A DNA stretch of 64,000 bases, taken from assembly GCA_963729895.1 (NCBI GenBank), contig CAVSQB010000003.1, positions 128,001 to 192,000 of the forward strand. The letters are read 5' to 3'. The DNA comes from an uncultured Fibrobacterota bacterium (GTDB taxonomy: Bacteria > Fibrobacterota > Chitinivibrionia > Chitinivibrionales > FEN-1185). Under the pieces are notes generated by a model. It was not told where the DNA came from. It was given only the letters and a program-made list of their open reading frames with translations, and made no database searches. How positions within the stretch are numbered: position 1 is the stretch's first letter; every line of letters starts with the position of its first letter. Positions 21,414 to 30,696 of this stretch are shown here, one piece after another. The translations under genes and the position numbers were made by a program.

Positions 21414-22274
21414 ATGAATATCGCAAAAACCACGCTTCTTCTCGGCGTCCTCACCTGCATCCTTGTTCTGATCGGCCAGTTTGTCGGCGGCCCCAGGGGC
21501 GCAATCGGATTCTTCTTGTTCGCCGCTGTCATGAATCTTGTCTCCTACTGGTTTTCCGACAAGCTCGTTCTCATGACAACCGGGGCAAAACAGGTGGGCG
21601 AAAACGATGCGCCGGTCCTCTTCCGCGTGGTGAGACGGCTCGCACAGCAGGGCGACCTGCCGATGCCGAAAGTTTACATAGTGGATAACCCTTCGCCCAA
21701 CGCGTTTGCCACGGGCCGTAATCCGCAGCATGCCTCGGTCGCGGCCACCACAGGCATCCTCGCCATTCTCAGCGAAGACGAGCTTGAGGGAGTGATGGCG
21801 CACGAGCTTTCCCATGTCAAGAACCGCGACATTCTGCTATCGAGCATCGCCGCCACGATCGCGGGCGCCATTACCATGATCGGCAACGCCCTGCAATGGG
21901 GCGCCATGTTCGGCGGCGCGTCCGCGGGCCGCGACGATGACGACCGGGGCGGCATGATCGGCATGATCGCCATGGCAATCCTTGCACCGATCGCGGCAAT
22001 GATCGTTCAGCTCGCCATTTCACGCTCGCGCGAATACGCGGCGGACGCCGCGGGCGCCCGGCTGTGCCATAAGCCACTGTCCCTGGCCCACGCGCTCGGC
22101 AAGCTGGAGAATTCCGTGAAGATGATCCCCATGCAGGGCGGGAATCCGTCAACCGCGCACCTATTCATCGTCAATCCGTTCAGGGGCGGACTGCTGGGCT
22201 TGTTTTCAACCCACCCGCCGATGGAGGAGAGAATCAGGAGGCTGGAGGCAATGGCGAGTCAATCTAATTTATAA
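21414..22274 (+). CDS. htpX: Zinc metalloprotease HtpX (M48)
   Basis: [31 protein letters not shown]. Confidence 0.95.
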   Translation: MNIAKTTLLLGVLTCILVLIGQFVGGPRGAIGFFLFAAVMNLVSYWFSDKLVLMTTGAKQVGENDAPVLFRVVRRLAQQGDLPMPKVYIVDNPSPNAFATGRNPQHASVAATTGILAILSEDELEGVMAHELSHVKNRDILLSSIAATIAGAITMIGNALQWGAMFGGASAGRDDDDRGGMIGMIAMAILAPIAAMIVQLAISRSREYAADAAGARLCHKPLSLAHALGKLENSVKMIPMQGGNPSTAHLFIVNPFRGGLLGLFSTHPPMEERIRRLEAMASQSNL

Positions 22275-22420
22275 ATTATCGGAGGAGAGGTATCTCCCCC
22301 GGCCTCAGCCTCCTCGTCCCTGACGGGACTGCGAGGTCTTCGGCACTCGCCTCTCTGTTGGGTAGCCCCCAAGGAAGTCGATCTGCGAGAAAGAAACGTG
22401 TACTGGGCCACCAAGAAAAA

Positions 22421-22452
22421 GAGTTGAAAAGTTGAATGGTTGAGAAGTTGAA
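22421..22452. repeat. Octamer tandem repeat (AAGTTGAA)x4, degenerate
   Basis: gagttgaa aagttgaa tggttgag aagttgaa. Confidence 0.65.
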
Positions 22453-22542
22453 GAATTTGATATTCAAAGGGGATGCCCACACCAATTCGTTGCGGATGCC
22501 AAACTGCGGGAGAAGAATCGTTTGACTGATAGGAATTCTGTT

Positions 22543-22713
22543 GCCGCGCGTTAGGTAGGACTGGAGGCCGCGCTAGAGCGCGGTGCCGCCTGACCACGGC
22601 CCGCAGGGTCATAGTGGCAGGCGGCCCGAGGCCGAAGGCCGAGACCGGAAGGAGGGCCGACCCCTTGGTGGGCGCGCAGGGTAAAGCGCCCCACCAAGGG
22701 GAACGCCCAAATC
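22543..22713 (-). repeat. Structured intergenic repeat family 1, copy C
   Basis: Minus strand TTGGGCGTTCCCC[long hairpin]GGTCGGCCCTCC..GGCCTTCGGCC..GCCGCCTG..CAGGCGGCACC..AGTCCTACCTAACGC. Confidence 0.8.
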
Positions 22714-22720
22714 TTAGATT

Positions 22721-23179
22721 TTATCGGGCTATAGCTACTTGTTTTAGCTCTATTCCCGCCTGCCCCGCAACCTCGATCACATGCTGGTCCCGATAGAATT
22801 CCAGGTAAAAGATCCTCCGTATGCCGCTGTTGGCAATGAGCTTGAAGCAATGCCAGCAGGGCGAGGCGGTGATGTAGATGTCTGCGCCGTCAACCGCGAC
22901 GCCGTTCTTGGCCGCTTGGATGATCGCATTCGCCTCCGCATGCACCGTGGCGATGCAGTGCCCGTTTTCCATGGTGTGGCCCACATCGTCGCAGTGGGGC
23001 ATGCCGCGAACGCTGCCGTTGTAACCCGTTGACAGGATTGTCTTGTCGCGCACGATCACCGCTCCCACGTTCTTGCGGTCGCAGGTGGAGCGGGTGGCCA
23101 CCTGCCGGGCAATCCTCATGAAGTATTCGTCCCATGGCGCGCGCGTTCGCCTGCGCACCGTCTGTTTCTTGTTCGTCAT
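22721..23179 (-). CDS. dCMP deaminase / ComEB family protein
   Basis: WDEYFM, RSTC, TGYNG, HAEANAI, SPCWHC. Confidence 0.92.
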   Translation of the reverse strand: MTNKKQTVRRRTRAPWDEYFMRIARQVATRSTCDRKNVGAVIVRDKTILSTGYNGSVRGMPHCDDVGHTMENGHCIATVHAEANAIIQAAKNGVAVDGADIYITASPCWHCFKLIANSGIRRIFYLEFYRDQHVIEVAGQAGIELKQVAIAR

Positions 23180-23193
23180 GATATTCCCCTTTG

Positions 23194-23652
23194 TTATTGC
23201 GAACCGTCTACGGTGTCGATCTGCCGCACCCGTGTTTCGTGGCGGCCGCCCTCAAACGGTGTTTCCAGCCAGGCGTCCAGGATCTGCGCGGCCGTTTCGG
23301 TTGAAGTGATCCGTGCCCCCATTGCAAGCACGTTTGCGTCGTTGTGCTGCCTGGAAAGCATGGCCATTTGCGGGGTGACGCAGAGGGCCGCGCGCACCTT
23401 CTTGAAGCGGTTTGCCACCATGGACGCGCCGATACCCGACCCGCACACCACGATTCCCCTGCTGAATGTCCCGTTGGACACCCTGGAGGCCGCCCGCGCG
23501 ATGAGGATGGGATAATCGCTCTTTTCCTCGTTGAATACGCCAACGTCTTCGCAAGGGATGGACCGTTTTTGGAGCTCTTTCTTGATGAATTCCTTTAGTT
23601 TGAACCCGGCATGGTCGGAGCCAACGACTATTGCGTTTCCTTTTCCCGGCAC
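23194..23652 (-). CDS. rpiB: Ribose-5-phosphate isomerase B
   Basis: GSDHAG, DYP, CGSGIG, RQHNDANVL, FEGGRH; GTG start at 23652 after GAAAGGA. Confidence 0.93.
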   Translation of the reverse strand: MPGKGNAIVVGSDHAGFKLKEFIKKELQKRSIPCEDVGVFNEEKSDYPILIARAASRVSNGTFSRGIVVCGSGIGASMVANRFKKVRAALCVTPQMAMLSRQHNDANVLAMGARITSTETAAQILDAWLETPFEGGRHETRVRQIDTVDGSQ

Positions 23653-23740
23653 TGTGCGTCCTTTCGATTCCTGCGAAAGCTCTGTTCCATGATTTATGTT
23701 ATTCCCCGGGAACAGTGCTCTTAAAATAGATTTCACCCCC

Positions 23741-23770
23741 TGTAACATCGAGCCATTTTTTTTTGTCCAA
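23741..23770 (+). promoter_or_regulatory. Putative ECF-sigma autoregulatory promoter
   Basis: TGTAAC-N17-TGTCCAA just upstream of the ECF sigma ATG. Confidence 0.4.
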
Positions 23771-23781
23771 TAGAGTGAAAA

Positions 23782-24309
23782 ATGAAAGAACTCGACGATC
23801 TCACGATACAGCGTGCAAAGAAGGGCGATCGAGCATCTTTCAGGACTTTGTACGATTATTATGCGCCGTTTTCGTGGAAAATTGCTTTTAGAACAATGCA
23901 CGGAGATTCTCAGGGGGCGGCGGAGGCGGTACAGGAAACATTCATACGGGTGCACAATGCACTTTCGAAGTTCAGCGGCGGTGCTGCGTTTTCAACATGG
24001 GTATTCAGGATAACCTACAACGCATGCATGACCCTGCTTTCAAAGCAAAGCCGCCGGAACGAAATGCAGGAACTTGATGAGGACACGGGGCCAACGGTTT
24101 CTACAGCGGAGAATGTCGACATGAAAGAGGACATGCAGAGAATCCTCAAGAGCATTTCGCCGGAAGAACGGTTTCTTCTTACCGGACGGGAAGTGTTGGG
24201 TTTTTCGTTTGAGGAGCTTTCCGACATCACCGGAAAGAACGCCGGCAGCCTTCGAACGCAGCTTTTTAGGCTCAAGGAACAGATCCGGAAAAGGTTCGGG
24301 GAGGAATAA
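23782..24309 (+). CDS. ECF RNA polymerase sigma factor
   Basis: GDRASF..LY, AEAVQETFIR, FSTWVFRITYN, region 4 SFEELS..LFR. Confidence 0.92.
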   Translation: MKELDDLTIQRAKKGDRASFRTLYDYYAPFSWKIAFRTMHGDSQGAAEAVQETFIRVHNALSKFSGGAAFSTWVFRITYNACMTLLSKQSRRNEMQELDEDTGPTVSTAENVDMKEDMQRILKSISPEERFLLTGREVLGFSFEELSDITGKNAGSLRTQLFRLKEQIRKRFGEE

Positions 24310-24641
24310 TGGAACAGAATACCGACAATCAATTGCCCGCACGCGCCTTTGAAGCTCTGACGGATATTCCGCCGATCCCGGTGCATGTGTACGGCGCCGT
24401 CATGCGGAACATCGGGAGGAGAAGGATACTGGTTCGCGCCGTGTTTTCAGTTGCGGCATCGGTGCTTATCGCCGTGTCCGCGTTTACCGTCACCGCATAT
24501 CGCATGTCGACGCAGCGCGCGCCCTATGCGCCCGAGGTGGCGGAGGAATTGCAGGGGGTCAACAGTTACATCAACAACGACGTATATCGGGAAAATGCGA
24601 ATTCGTATGGATATTACGAAGAAGTTCTTTACCAGGAATAG
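24309..24641 (+). CDS. Putative single-pass anti-sigma factor
   Basis: Coupled to sigma gene (TAATG); one TM helix AVFSVAASVLIAV. Confidence 0.7.
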   Translation: MEQNTDNQLPARAFEALTDIPPIPVHVYGAVMRNIGRRRILVRAVFSVAASVLIAVSAFTVTAYRMSTQRAPYAPEVAEELQGVNSYINNDVYRENANSYGYYEEVLYQE

Positions 24642-24657
24642 CGAGTCGGAGGTCACT

Positions 24658-25146
24658 ATGCGTATCGGAATAGCAGGCTTCGCCGTTGTCTTTTTCCTGA
24701 TTGCCGGAGCGTCGCCCGCGTTGTGCGCGAGCGATTCAGCCTCTCTCTCGAGGGACTCAACGCGGCACAGATTGTGGGCGCAGCTTAATCTCACGGAAGA
24801 TCAGAAAGCCAAGCTCAAAGGCATGCGCAGTGAAATGCGCGAATTTCGCAAACAGAATTTCGAGAAAATGAAGGCCCTGCTCGACAAGAGCAAGGAAGAA
24901 CTGCTCAAGCCCTCGCCCAGCAAAACCGTTTTGTACGGCTATGCAAAGGAGATGGGCGAACTTCACAAGGCAATGTCCGAACACATGGCCAACCACATGC
25001 TTACCATAAAGTCGGTTCTTACAAAAGAACAGTTTGCGAAACTTCTGAGCAACGAATTTCACCCTCCCATGGGCGGCGGACATACCGGAAGCCACGACGG
25101 TCCGCCGGCCGGCGCGGGTCACCGGGCCGATTCCGACGACGACTGA
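24658..25146 (+). CDS. Spy/CpxP family periplasmic protein
   Basis: GGAGG RBS, signal peptide, LNLTEDQ and LTKEQ (LTxxQ) motifs. Confidence 0.8.
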   Translation: MRIGIAGFAVVFFLIAGASPALCASDSASLSRDSTRHRLWAQLNLTEDQKAKLKGMRSEMREFRKQNFEKMKALLDKSKEELLKPSPSKTVLYGYAKEMGELHKAMSEHMANHMLTIKSVLTKEQFAKLLSNEFHPPMGGGHTGSHDGPPAGAGHRADSDDD

Positions 25147-25169
25147 TCAACTCCTGTTTCGGTTGCAGA

Positions 25170-25213
25170 GAAATGCCGAACGCCGCGTCTGTCAACGCGG
25201 CGTTCGGCATTTC
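25170..25213. terminator. 19-bp perfect hairpin between convergent genes
   Basis: GAAATGCCGAACGCCGCGT-ctgtca-ACGCGGCGTTCGGCATTTC. Confidence 0.7.
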
Positions 25214-26163
25214 TATTCCAAAGGTTCCGGCGCGGGCGATTGCCGCGCGCCGGCGCGCGGGTGGGCTTGCCGGTACGTCCTGAGCAGGTGTTCCTTTGAC
25301 ATGTGCGTATAGATCTGCGTTGTGGACAACGACGAATGGCCCAGCAGTTCCTTGACGGCCCGGATGTCGGCCCCCCTGTCGAGCAGGTGCGTTGCGAACG
25401 AATGGCGCAGCACATGCGGGCTTCGCTTCTTCTGCTGGGTGACGGCCGACAGCTCGGCCGACACGATCCGCTCTATTTGCCTGCGGGACAGGCGCCGTCC
25501 CGCGCCGTTTGTGAACAAAGGGGTGTCAGCCGCCTTCGGCGCCGGCTGCGCCGGCCGGGCGCTCAGGTATTCCCGTATCGCAGAAACGGCGCTATCCGTT
25601 ACGGGAACCACTCGTTCCTTTCTCCCCTTGCCGAGCACGCGCACGCTTGCGCGCTTGTAGTCGATGGTGCCCGCGTTCAGCCCATGCAGTTCGGCAAGGC
25701 GCAACCCGGCGCCGTACAAGAGCTCCACAATGGCGCGGCTTCTCAAAAAGTCGAGAGGGTGATTCGGGTCTCCTTTTCCCGCAGGGGATGCGAGTTGCCT
25801 TGCCTGCGTCTCCGTAAGAAACGCGGGAAGCGGCTTGTCGAGTTTGGGGTTTGCCAGAAGTTTTGCCGGACTGGCGGTTAGGATATGCCGCTTGACGCAG
25901 AACTTTGAAAACGATTTGAGAGCAGCCACTTTGCGTGCCATTGAGCGGGATTTGAGGCCCTGTTCACCCAGCGTATAGGTAAAATCCCGCAAAACGCTCT
26001 TCTTCATGATATCTTCAAATGCGGCATTTGCAAGGTTTTGGGCAACAAACGAGCCGAACTGGGCAAGGTCTGTTTTGTACGCTTCAACTGTGTGGCTGGA
26101 ATAGCCCTTCTCTTTCAGCAGATAGTCAAGGAAGGAGGCGACGTGATCCTGGAAGGTGCTCAC
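25213..26163 (-). CDS. xerC: Tyrosine recombinase XerC-like
   Basis: S.HT..AY..DL, LP.FL, LYGAGLR, GKGRKER.VP, SPHVLRHSFATHLL, LLGHSSLSTTQIYTH. Confidence 0.85.
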   Translation of the reverse strand: MSTFQDHVASFLDYLLKEKGYSSHTVEAYKTDLAQFGSFVAQNLANAAFEDIMKKSVLRDFTYTLGEQGLKSRSMARKVAALKSFSKFCVKRHILTASPAKLLANPKLDKPLPAFLTETQARQLASPAGKGDPNHPLDFLRSRAIVELLYGAGLRLAELHGLNAGTIDYKRASVRVLGKGRKERVVPVTDSAVSAIREYLSARPAQPAPKAADTPLFTNGAGRRLSRRQIERIVSAELSAVTQQKKRSPHVLRHSFATHLLDRGADIRAVKELLGHSSLSTTQIYTHMSKEHLLRTYRQAHPRAGARQSPAPEPLE

Positions 26164-26268
26164 AAATATGATTCCTTTCAGATATCTGTGCGTTCCTTAG
26201 AAAAATATTACGGCATGCGGGAATATCAAATACAAATCGCGCAGAGGGGGCAGCAATATCCGAGTACG

Positions 26269-26407
26269 ATTTTGGATTGCTGAGCCGGTGCGGCGAATAT
26301 CAAAATGAAGATCCTTTTTTTGTGTGCTGAGCGGGTGCCCCACAGCCAAGGATTGGATTCTTGAAACTCAACTTTCTTTGGGGTCACCCGGCACTGCTAT
26401 CCAAATG
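26269..26407. repeat. Intergenic repeat family 2 (inverted copy of 33996-34070 plus 34392-34414)
   Basis: Reverse complement shares GCCGGGTGACCCCAAAG, AGAATCCAATC, GCTGTGGGGCACCC and GCTCAGCAATCCAAAAT with the 34 kb region. Confidence 0.7.
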
Positions 26408-26512
26408 AATTTCTTTGTCTTGATTTCCGATTCAGTACTCCAGATTAATTATTTTATTCTGATAAGCTGGTCGCAAGGATTCACTCCCGAAAATCAATGA
26501 AAGGATCCGTCT

Positions 26513-26929
26513 ATGGTATTCGGAAAGGACTTCTCAGTCCAAACACAGGGTTTCTCCGATGTTGTCGATATCACCCCGGATGTCGAATCGATTATAAAAG
26601 AATCAAAGATCAATGACGGCGTGGCCACAGTCTTTGTCGTGGGTTCCACCGCGTCAATTTCCACCATCGAATTCGAGCCTGCCCTCGCCGAGGACATGAA
26701 GGAACAGCTTAACGAGATTGTTCCCAGCACTTTGCGCAGCCGCCACTCCGAAACATGGGGCGACGACAACGGCTTCTCTCACATCAGGGCCACGCTCATG
26801 GGGCCGGGAATCACGGTGCCGTTCCAGTCGGAAAGACTGGTTCTGGGGACGTGGCAGCAGATCGTGGTGATAGACCACGACAACCGGCCGCGTTCACGAA
26901 AAATCTTTGTCCAAGTGATCGGCGGGTAA
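26513..26929 (+). CDS. yjbQ: YjbQ / UPF0047 family protein
   Basis: DITP.V, GSTASI..E, HIRATLMG, LGTWQQI. Confidence 0.88.
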   Translation: MVFGKDFSVQTQGFSDVVDITPDVESIIKESKINDGVATVFVVGSTASISTIEFEPALAEDMKEQLNEIVPSTLRSRHSETWGDDNGFSHIRATLMGPGITVPFQSERLVLGTWQQIVVIDHDNRPRSRKIFVQVIGG

Positions 26930-27037
26930 TTCGGAATTTCCGTCATATTTTATTTGACAACAGTTTTCCTTTTAATATTTTAGATTTAACAGTACAAGGG
27001 GCGTTAAAGGGTTTTCACCATTAACGAGGGAGGTTTT

Positions 27038-27730
27038 ATGAAGAAGTGTCTCATTACCTCATGCAGTGCCATATTGGCTTCAGTCCTGCTTCTGGCCTCA
27101 ACCGCTTGGAGCGATGACGTGACTCCTCCGATTGCGGCAAATGCGAAGGCGGCGCTGTTTACTTTCAGCGGATTGTCAAACATAGCTGCGGGCGCCTTTA
27201 ACGGCGGCCTTGGCGGGAAATATTACATATTGGATCCTCTCGCTCTTCGCGCAAGCCTGCTGTTTAGCCTTGCCGATCAGGGAACCCCGGCTCCTGCCGC
27301 GGGCGGAACGGCCGGCGATGCGAACACCTGGAGTGTCGGCCTCAATGTTGGGGCTGAGTATCATTTGCTGAAGACTCGAGTGAGCCCTTACGTAGGCGGT
27401 GCATTGGGGTTTGTGTCGACGTCGACTTCGGAAAAAGACGCGGTTCTCACCGGAGCCCCTCAGTATACAGTAACGAATGCCCCGGTAATAATTAACGGCA
27501 CAACCTATCCAGCCGGCGGCTTTAATTTCAACATAGCCGCGCTCGCCGGCGTCGAATTCTTTATTATCAAGGAATTGAGCCTGAGCGCGGAATACCGGTT
27601 CGGGTATTCGGTGACCGCCCCCTACGATCAGAAAACCACCGAACCCAATGTCGCCCCAGTCAAGAACGGCGCAATTACGAATTTCGGAATCTACGCAATC
27701 GGCGCACTTACTCTGGGCTTCTATTTCTAA
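27038..27730 (+). CDS. Outer-membrane beta-barrel protein
   Basis: GGAGG RBS, signal peptide, alternating beta-strands (VSPYVGG, GVEFF, LSAEY), C-terminal Phe. Confidence 0.85.
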   Translation: MKKCLITSCSAILASVLLLASTAWSDDVTPPIAANAKAALFTFSGLSNIAAGAFNGGLGGKYYILDPLALRASLLFSLADQGTPAPAAGGTAGDANTWSVGLNVGAEYHLLKTRVSPYVGGALGFVSTSTSEKDAVLTGAPQYTVTNAPVIINGTTYPAGGFNFNIAALAGVEFFIIKELSLSAEYRFGYSVTAPYDQKTTEPNVAPVKNGAITNFGIYAIGALTLGFYF

Positions 27731-27758
27731 TCTAAAGAATTATTTTTCCCACCCTTCG

Positions 27759-27790
27759 GGCCGGAAAGACTGCCTTTCCGGCCTTTTTTT
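27759..27790 (+). terminator. Intrinsic terminator
   Basis: GGCCGGAAAG-actgc-CTTTCCGGCC followed by T7. Confidence 0.85.
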
Positions 27791-27898
27791 ATTGCCAGCC
27801 GTCCAACCTTTTGGTCTTCATTTGATGGGTGACAGATTGTATTTTCTCAAATCGTTCGCATCCCCGCAGAGATCGAACCCGGCAACAAGAAGGACGCC

Positions 27899-28786
27899 AT
27901 GAAAGGCATAATCCTGGCGGGCGGTTCAGGCACGCGGCTGTATCCCGTCACGCTCGCAGTATGCAAGCAGCTCATGCCCATTTACGACAAGCCGATGGTG
28001 TACTATCCGCTCACCATTCTCATGCTTGCGGGAATACGCGACATTCTTGTGATAAGCACGCCGCAGGACATTGAGGCGTTCAGGCGCCTGCTGGGTGACG
28101 GAAGCCGGTGGGGGCTTCATCTTTCGTACGCGGTACAGCCGAAGCCCGAGGGAATCGCGCAGGCCTTTATTGTCGGAAGGGAATTCATCGGAAACGACGC
28201 CGTGGCGCTTATCCTCGGGGACAATATCTTCTGGGGCCACGGACTCATCGGCACGCTTGCCCAGGCGGCCGCAAAAAAAGACGGGGCAACCATTTTCGGG
28301 TACTGGGTGAACGACCCGGAGCGCTACGGCGTGGTGGAAATCGATTCGTCGGGAAAGCCGACAAACCTCGTTGAAAAACCGCAGAAGCCTTTGTCCCCGT
28401 ACGCCGTGACAGGACTTTACTTCTACGACAACCGGGTGGCGCAGCTCGCAGCGCGCCTCAGGCCGTCCGCGCGCGGCGAGTTTGAAATAACGGACCTGAA
28501 CCGGCTGTATCTACACGAAGGAAAGCTCGACGTTGTCCTCCTGGGCAGGGGCGTGGCCTGGCTCGACACCGGAACGCACGAGTCCATGCTCCAGGCGTCG
28601 GTCTTTGTCGAAACGATCCAGTCGCGCCAGGGACTCAAGGTCTCGTGCCCGGAAGAAATTGCGTTCAGGCTCGGCTACATCTCACGCGAACAGCTTGCGC
28701 GGCTCGCCGAACCCATGAAGAAAAACGGCTACGGCGGCTACCTTCTGCAACTCGCGTCCGGCGCGCGTGAGGGTGCGGCATCATGA
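27899..28786 (+). CDS. rfbA: Glucose-1-phosphate thymidylyltransferase
   Basis: [47 protein letters not shown]. Confidence 0.96.
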   Translation: MKGIILAGGSGTRLYPVTLAVCKQLMPIYDKPMVYYPLTILMLAGIRDILVISTPQDIEAFRRLLGDGSRWGLHLSYAVQPKPEGIAQAFIVGREFIGNDAVALILGDNIFWGHGLIGTLAQAAAKKDGATIFGYWVNDPERYGVVEIDSSGKPTNLVEKPQKPLSPYAVTGLYFYDNRVAQLAARLRPSARGEFEITDLNRLYLHEGKLDVVLLGRGVAWLDTGTHESMLQASVFVETIQSRQGLKVSCPEEIAFRLGYISREQLARLAEPMKKNGYGGYLLQLASGAREGAAS

Positions 28787-29328
28787 CCTTCACGGAAACG
28801 AAACTGCGCGGGGTGTGGGAACTGGAACCGCTTGTCCACGAAGACAAGCGCGGTTTCTTTCTTGAATCGTTTTCCGCCCGCGACATGGAAGTGCGGGGCC
28901 TGCCGGCGTATTTTGTGCAGGACAATCACGCCCGCTCTCTGGCGGCAGGGGTTCTGAGGGGCCTTCATTTTCAGGAGCCGCCTTTTGCGCAATGCAAGCT
29001 CGTCCGCGTCGTGCGCGGGAGCGTGTACGACGTGGTGGTGGACCTGCGCAGGCAGTCTCCGACCTTCGGCGCGTGGCTCGGACTCACCCTGAGCGAAGAG
29101 AACAAAAAAATGCTTTTTGTTCCCCGGGGGTTTGCCCACGGCTATTGCACCATGGCCCCCGACACCGAATTTCTTTACAAAGTAGATGCCTACTACGCTC
29201 CGCAGCACGACGCCGGCATTCGCTGGAACGACCCGGACATAGGCGTCGCGTGGCCGGTGGCGAGCCCCGTTATTTCCGACAAAGACGGAAAACTCCCGTT
29301 TCTGAAGGACATCGAGTCGCCGTTTTGA
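28783..29328 (+). CDS. rfbC: dTDP-4-dehydrorhamnose 3,5-epimerase
   Basis: D.RGFF.E, QDNH, LRGLHFQ, VDLR..SPTFG, GFAHG. Confidence 0.95.
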   Translation: MTFTETKLRGVWELEPLVHEDKRGFFLESFSARDMEVRGLPAYFVQDNHARSLAAGVLRGLHFQEPPFAQCKLVRVVRGSVYDVVVDLRRQSPTFGAWLGLTLSEENKKMLFVPRGFAHGYCTMAPDTEFLYKVDAYYAPQHDAGIRWNDPDIGVAWPVASPVISDKDGKLPFLKDIESPF

Positions 29329-29355
29329 CGGCAAAACCCTTGTGCGAAATGCAGG

Positions 29356-30186
29356 ATGAAAGATCAAACCGACGGCCTCCCGAACCCGCTCAAAGTCGTT
29401 CTCGACTCCATCGGCTATATCACCTATTTCCTCGCCATTGCAGGGTTCCTGTGCATCGGGCTCCCGGTTCTTCTGATGTTTGCCGCGTGGCCCCCGGTCA
29501 TGCGCACCATAATGTACACGGTGCTCAAGGGCTACGCGTTCTTCCTCACGCGACTCTGGCTGCCTGCCCTCCAGGTGTATTCGGTACGAGAAATAGCGGG
29601 ATTCAACGAATCGGCGCTGCGCGGGTCGATTGTGGTGGCCAACCACAGGAGCAGGCTCGATGCCCCCCTCATGCTGTCGATCCTTCCGTACGCCGCCGTG
29701 GTCATCAAGCTGAAATACGCCCGCATTCCCGTGTACTCGTCCTTTGTCAAGCACCTCGATTTTGTGAGCATCGACCCGGACTCGCTGCAGTCGCTCGGCT
29801 CGGCAGTCGAAAAATGCCGCTCTGTGCTTGCAAAAGGGAAAAGCCTGCTCGTGTTTCCCGAGGGAACGCGGGCAACGACGGGAAAGCTCCTTCCCTACAA
29901 GCCGTTCCCGTTCAAGGTAGCCCTCGAAACCGGCGCGCCGGTGGTCCCGGTTCTTATATATTCCGATCTTGCTCTTATGGCGCGCCGCAAAGGAAGTATT
30001 TTCCCACGGCGCAGGTTTTCCTATGCCGTACGGTTCCTGCCGGCCTGCCGGCCCGAACCGGGTGAAACGGCCGCGGCATTTGCGGAGCGGGTGCGCCGGA
30101 TGATGGCCGGAGAGCTGGCCGTACTTGACAAAGGGACTCTCTGGGACCGCGGCCCGAACGCCGGCGATGCATCGGGGAAATTGTAG
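29356..30186 (+). CDS. PlsC-family (lysophospholipid) acyltransferase
   Basis: NHRSRLD (HX4D), FPEGTR, N-terminal TM helix. Confidence 0.88.
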   Translation: MKDQTDGLPNPLKVVLDSIGYITYFLAIAGFLCIGLPVLLMFAAWPPVMRTIMYTVLKGYAFFLTRLWLPALQVYSVREIAGFNESALRGSIVVANHRSRLDAPLMLSILPYAAVVIKLKYARIPVYSSFVKHLDFVSIDPDSLQSLGSAVEKCRSVLAKGKSLLVFPEGTRATTGKLLPYKPFPFKVALETGAPVVPVLIYSDLALMARRKGSIFPRRRFSYAVRFLPACRPEPGETAAAFAERVRRMMAGELAVLDKGTLWDRGPNAGDASGKL

Positions 30187-30201
30187 GATACAGGGGCACG
30201 T

Positions 30202-30696
30202 ATGACCGAACACAGGACATTCGAGCTGGAGGACATCCTCGCGATACTGCCGCACCGGCCGCCGTTCCTCTTTGTAGACCTGGTCACCAGGCTCGTTGTT
30301 GACAAATTAATAATCGCCGAACGAACCATCCGCGACGACGAGCCGTTCTTCGCAGGGCATTTCCCGCAGAAGCACGTGATGCCCGGCGTGCTGGTCACCG
30401 ACGCGCTTGCGCAGGCCAGCGGTCTTCTTTGGGGATTTTCCAGGAAAGCCGCGGGCGGCGTTTCGACGTCCCCGACGGAGGGCGTGCCGCCCGCCTCAGC
30501 GCCGCGGATGTTTTATCTCGCATCGGCAAATATGAAATTCCTGAACCCGTCGTTCCCGGGCGAGACCCTCGAGCTGGTCTCCACGTGCGAAACCAGCCTT
30601 GGTGCACTGTTCAGCTATTCGGTGGAAGCGCACGTGGGAAGAAAGATTGTTGCCAAGGGGACCCTTGCACTGGCCATGATGGACGGCACGCCATGA
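30202..30696 (+). CDS. FabA/FabZ-family 3-hydroxyacyl-ACP dehydratase
   Basis: LPHRPPFLFVD, FFAGHFP..VMPGVLVTDALAQ. Confidence 0.88.
   Translation: MTEHRTFELEDILAILPHRPPFLFVDLVTRLVVDKLIIAERTIRDDEPFFAGHFPQKHVMPGVLVTDALAQASGLLWGFSRKAAGGVSTSPTEGVPPASAPRMFYLASANMKFLNPSFPGETLELVSTCETSLGALFSYSVEAHVGRKIVAKGTLALAMMDGTP

Noticed and set aside
25213..26163. Tyrosine recombinase as integrase of a prophage or island
   Set aside because: Motifs and size are XerC-like, and there are no phage or conjugation genes, tRNA or att duplication nearby.
28738..30255. 505-aa minus-strand ORF, and similar long shadow ORFs (19735-21033, 32186-33151, 40238-41224, 57387-58070)
   Set aside because: Antisense or alternate-frame to well-supported genes in high-GC DNA; no motifs.
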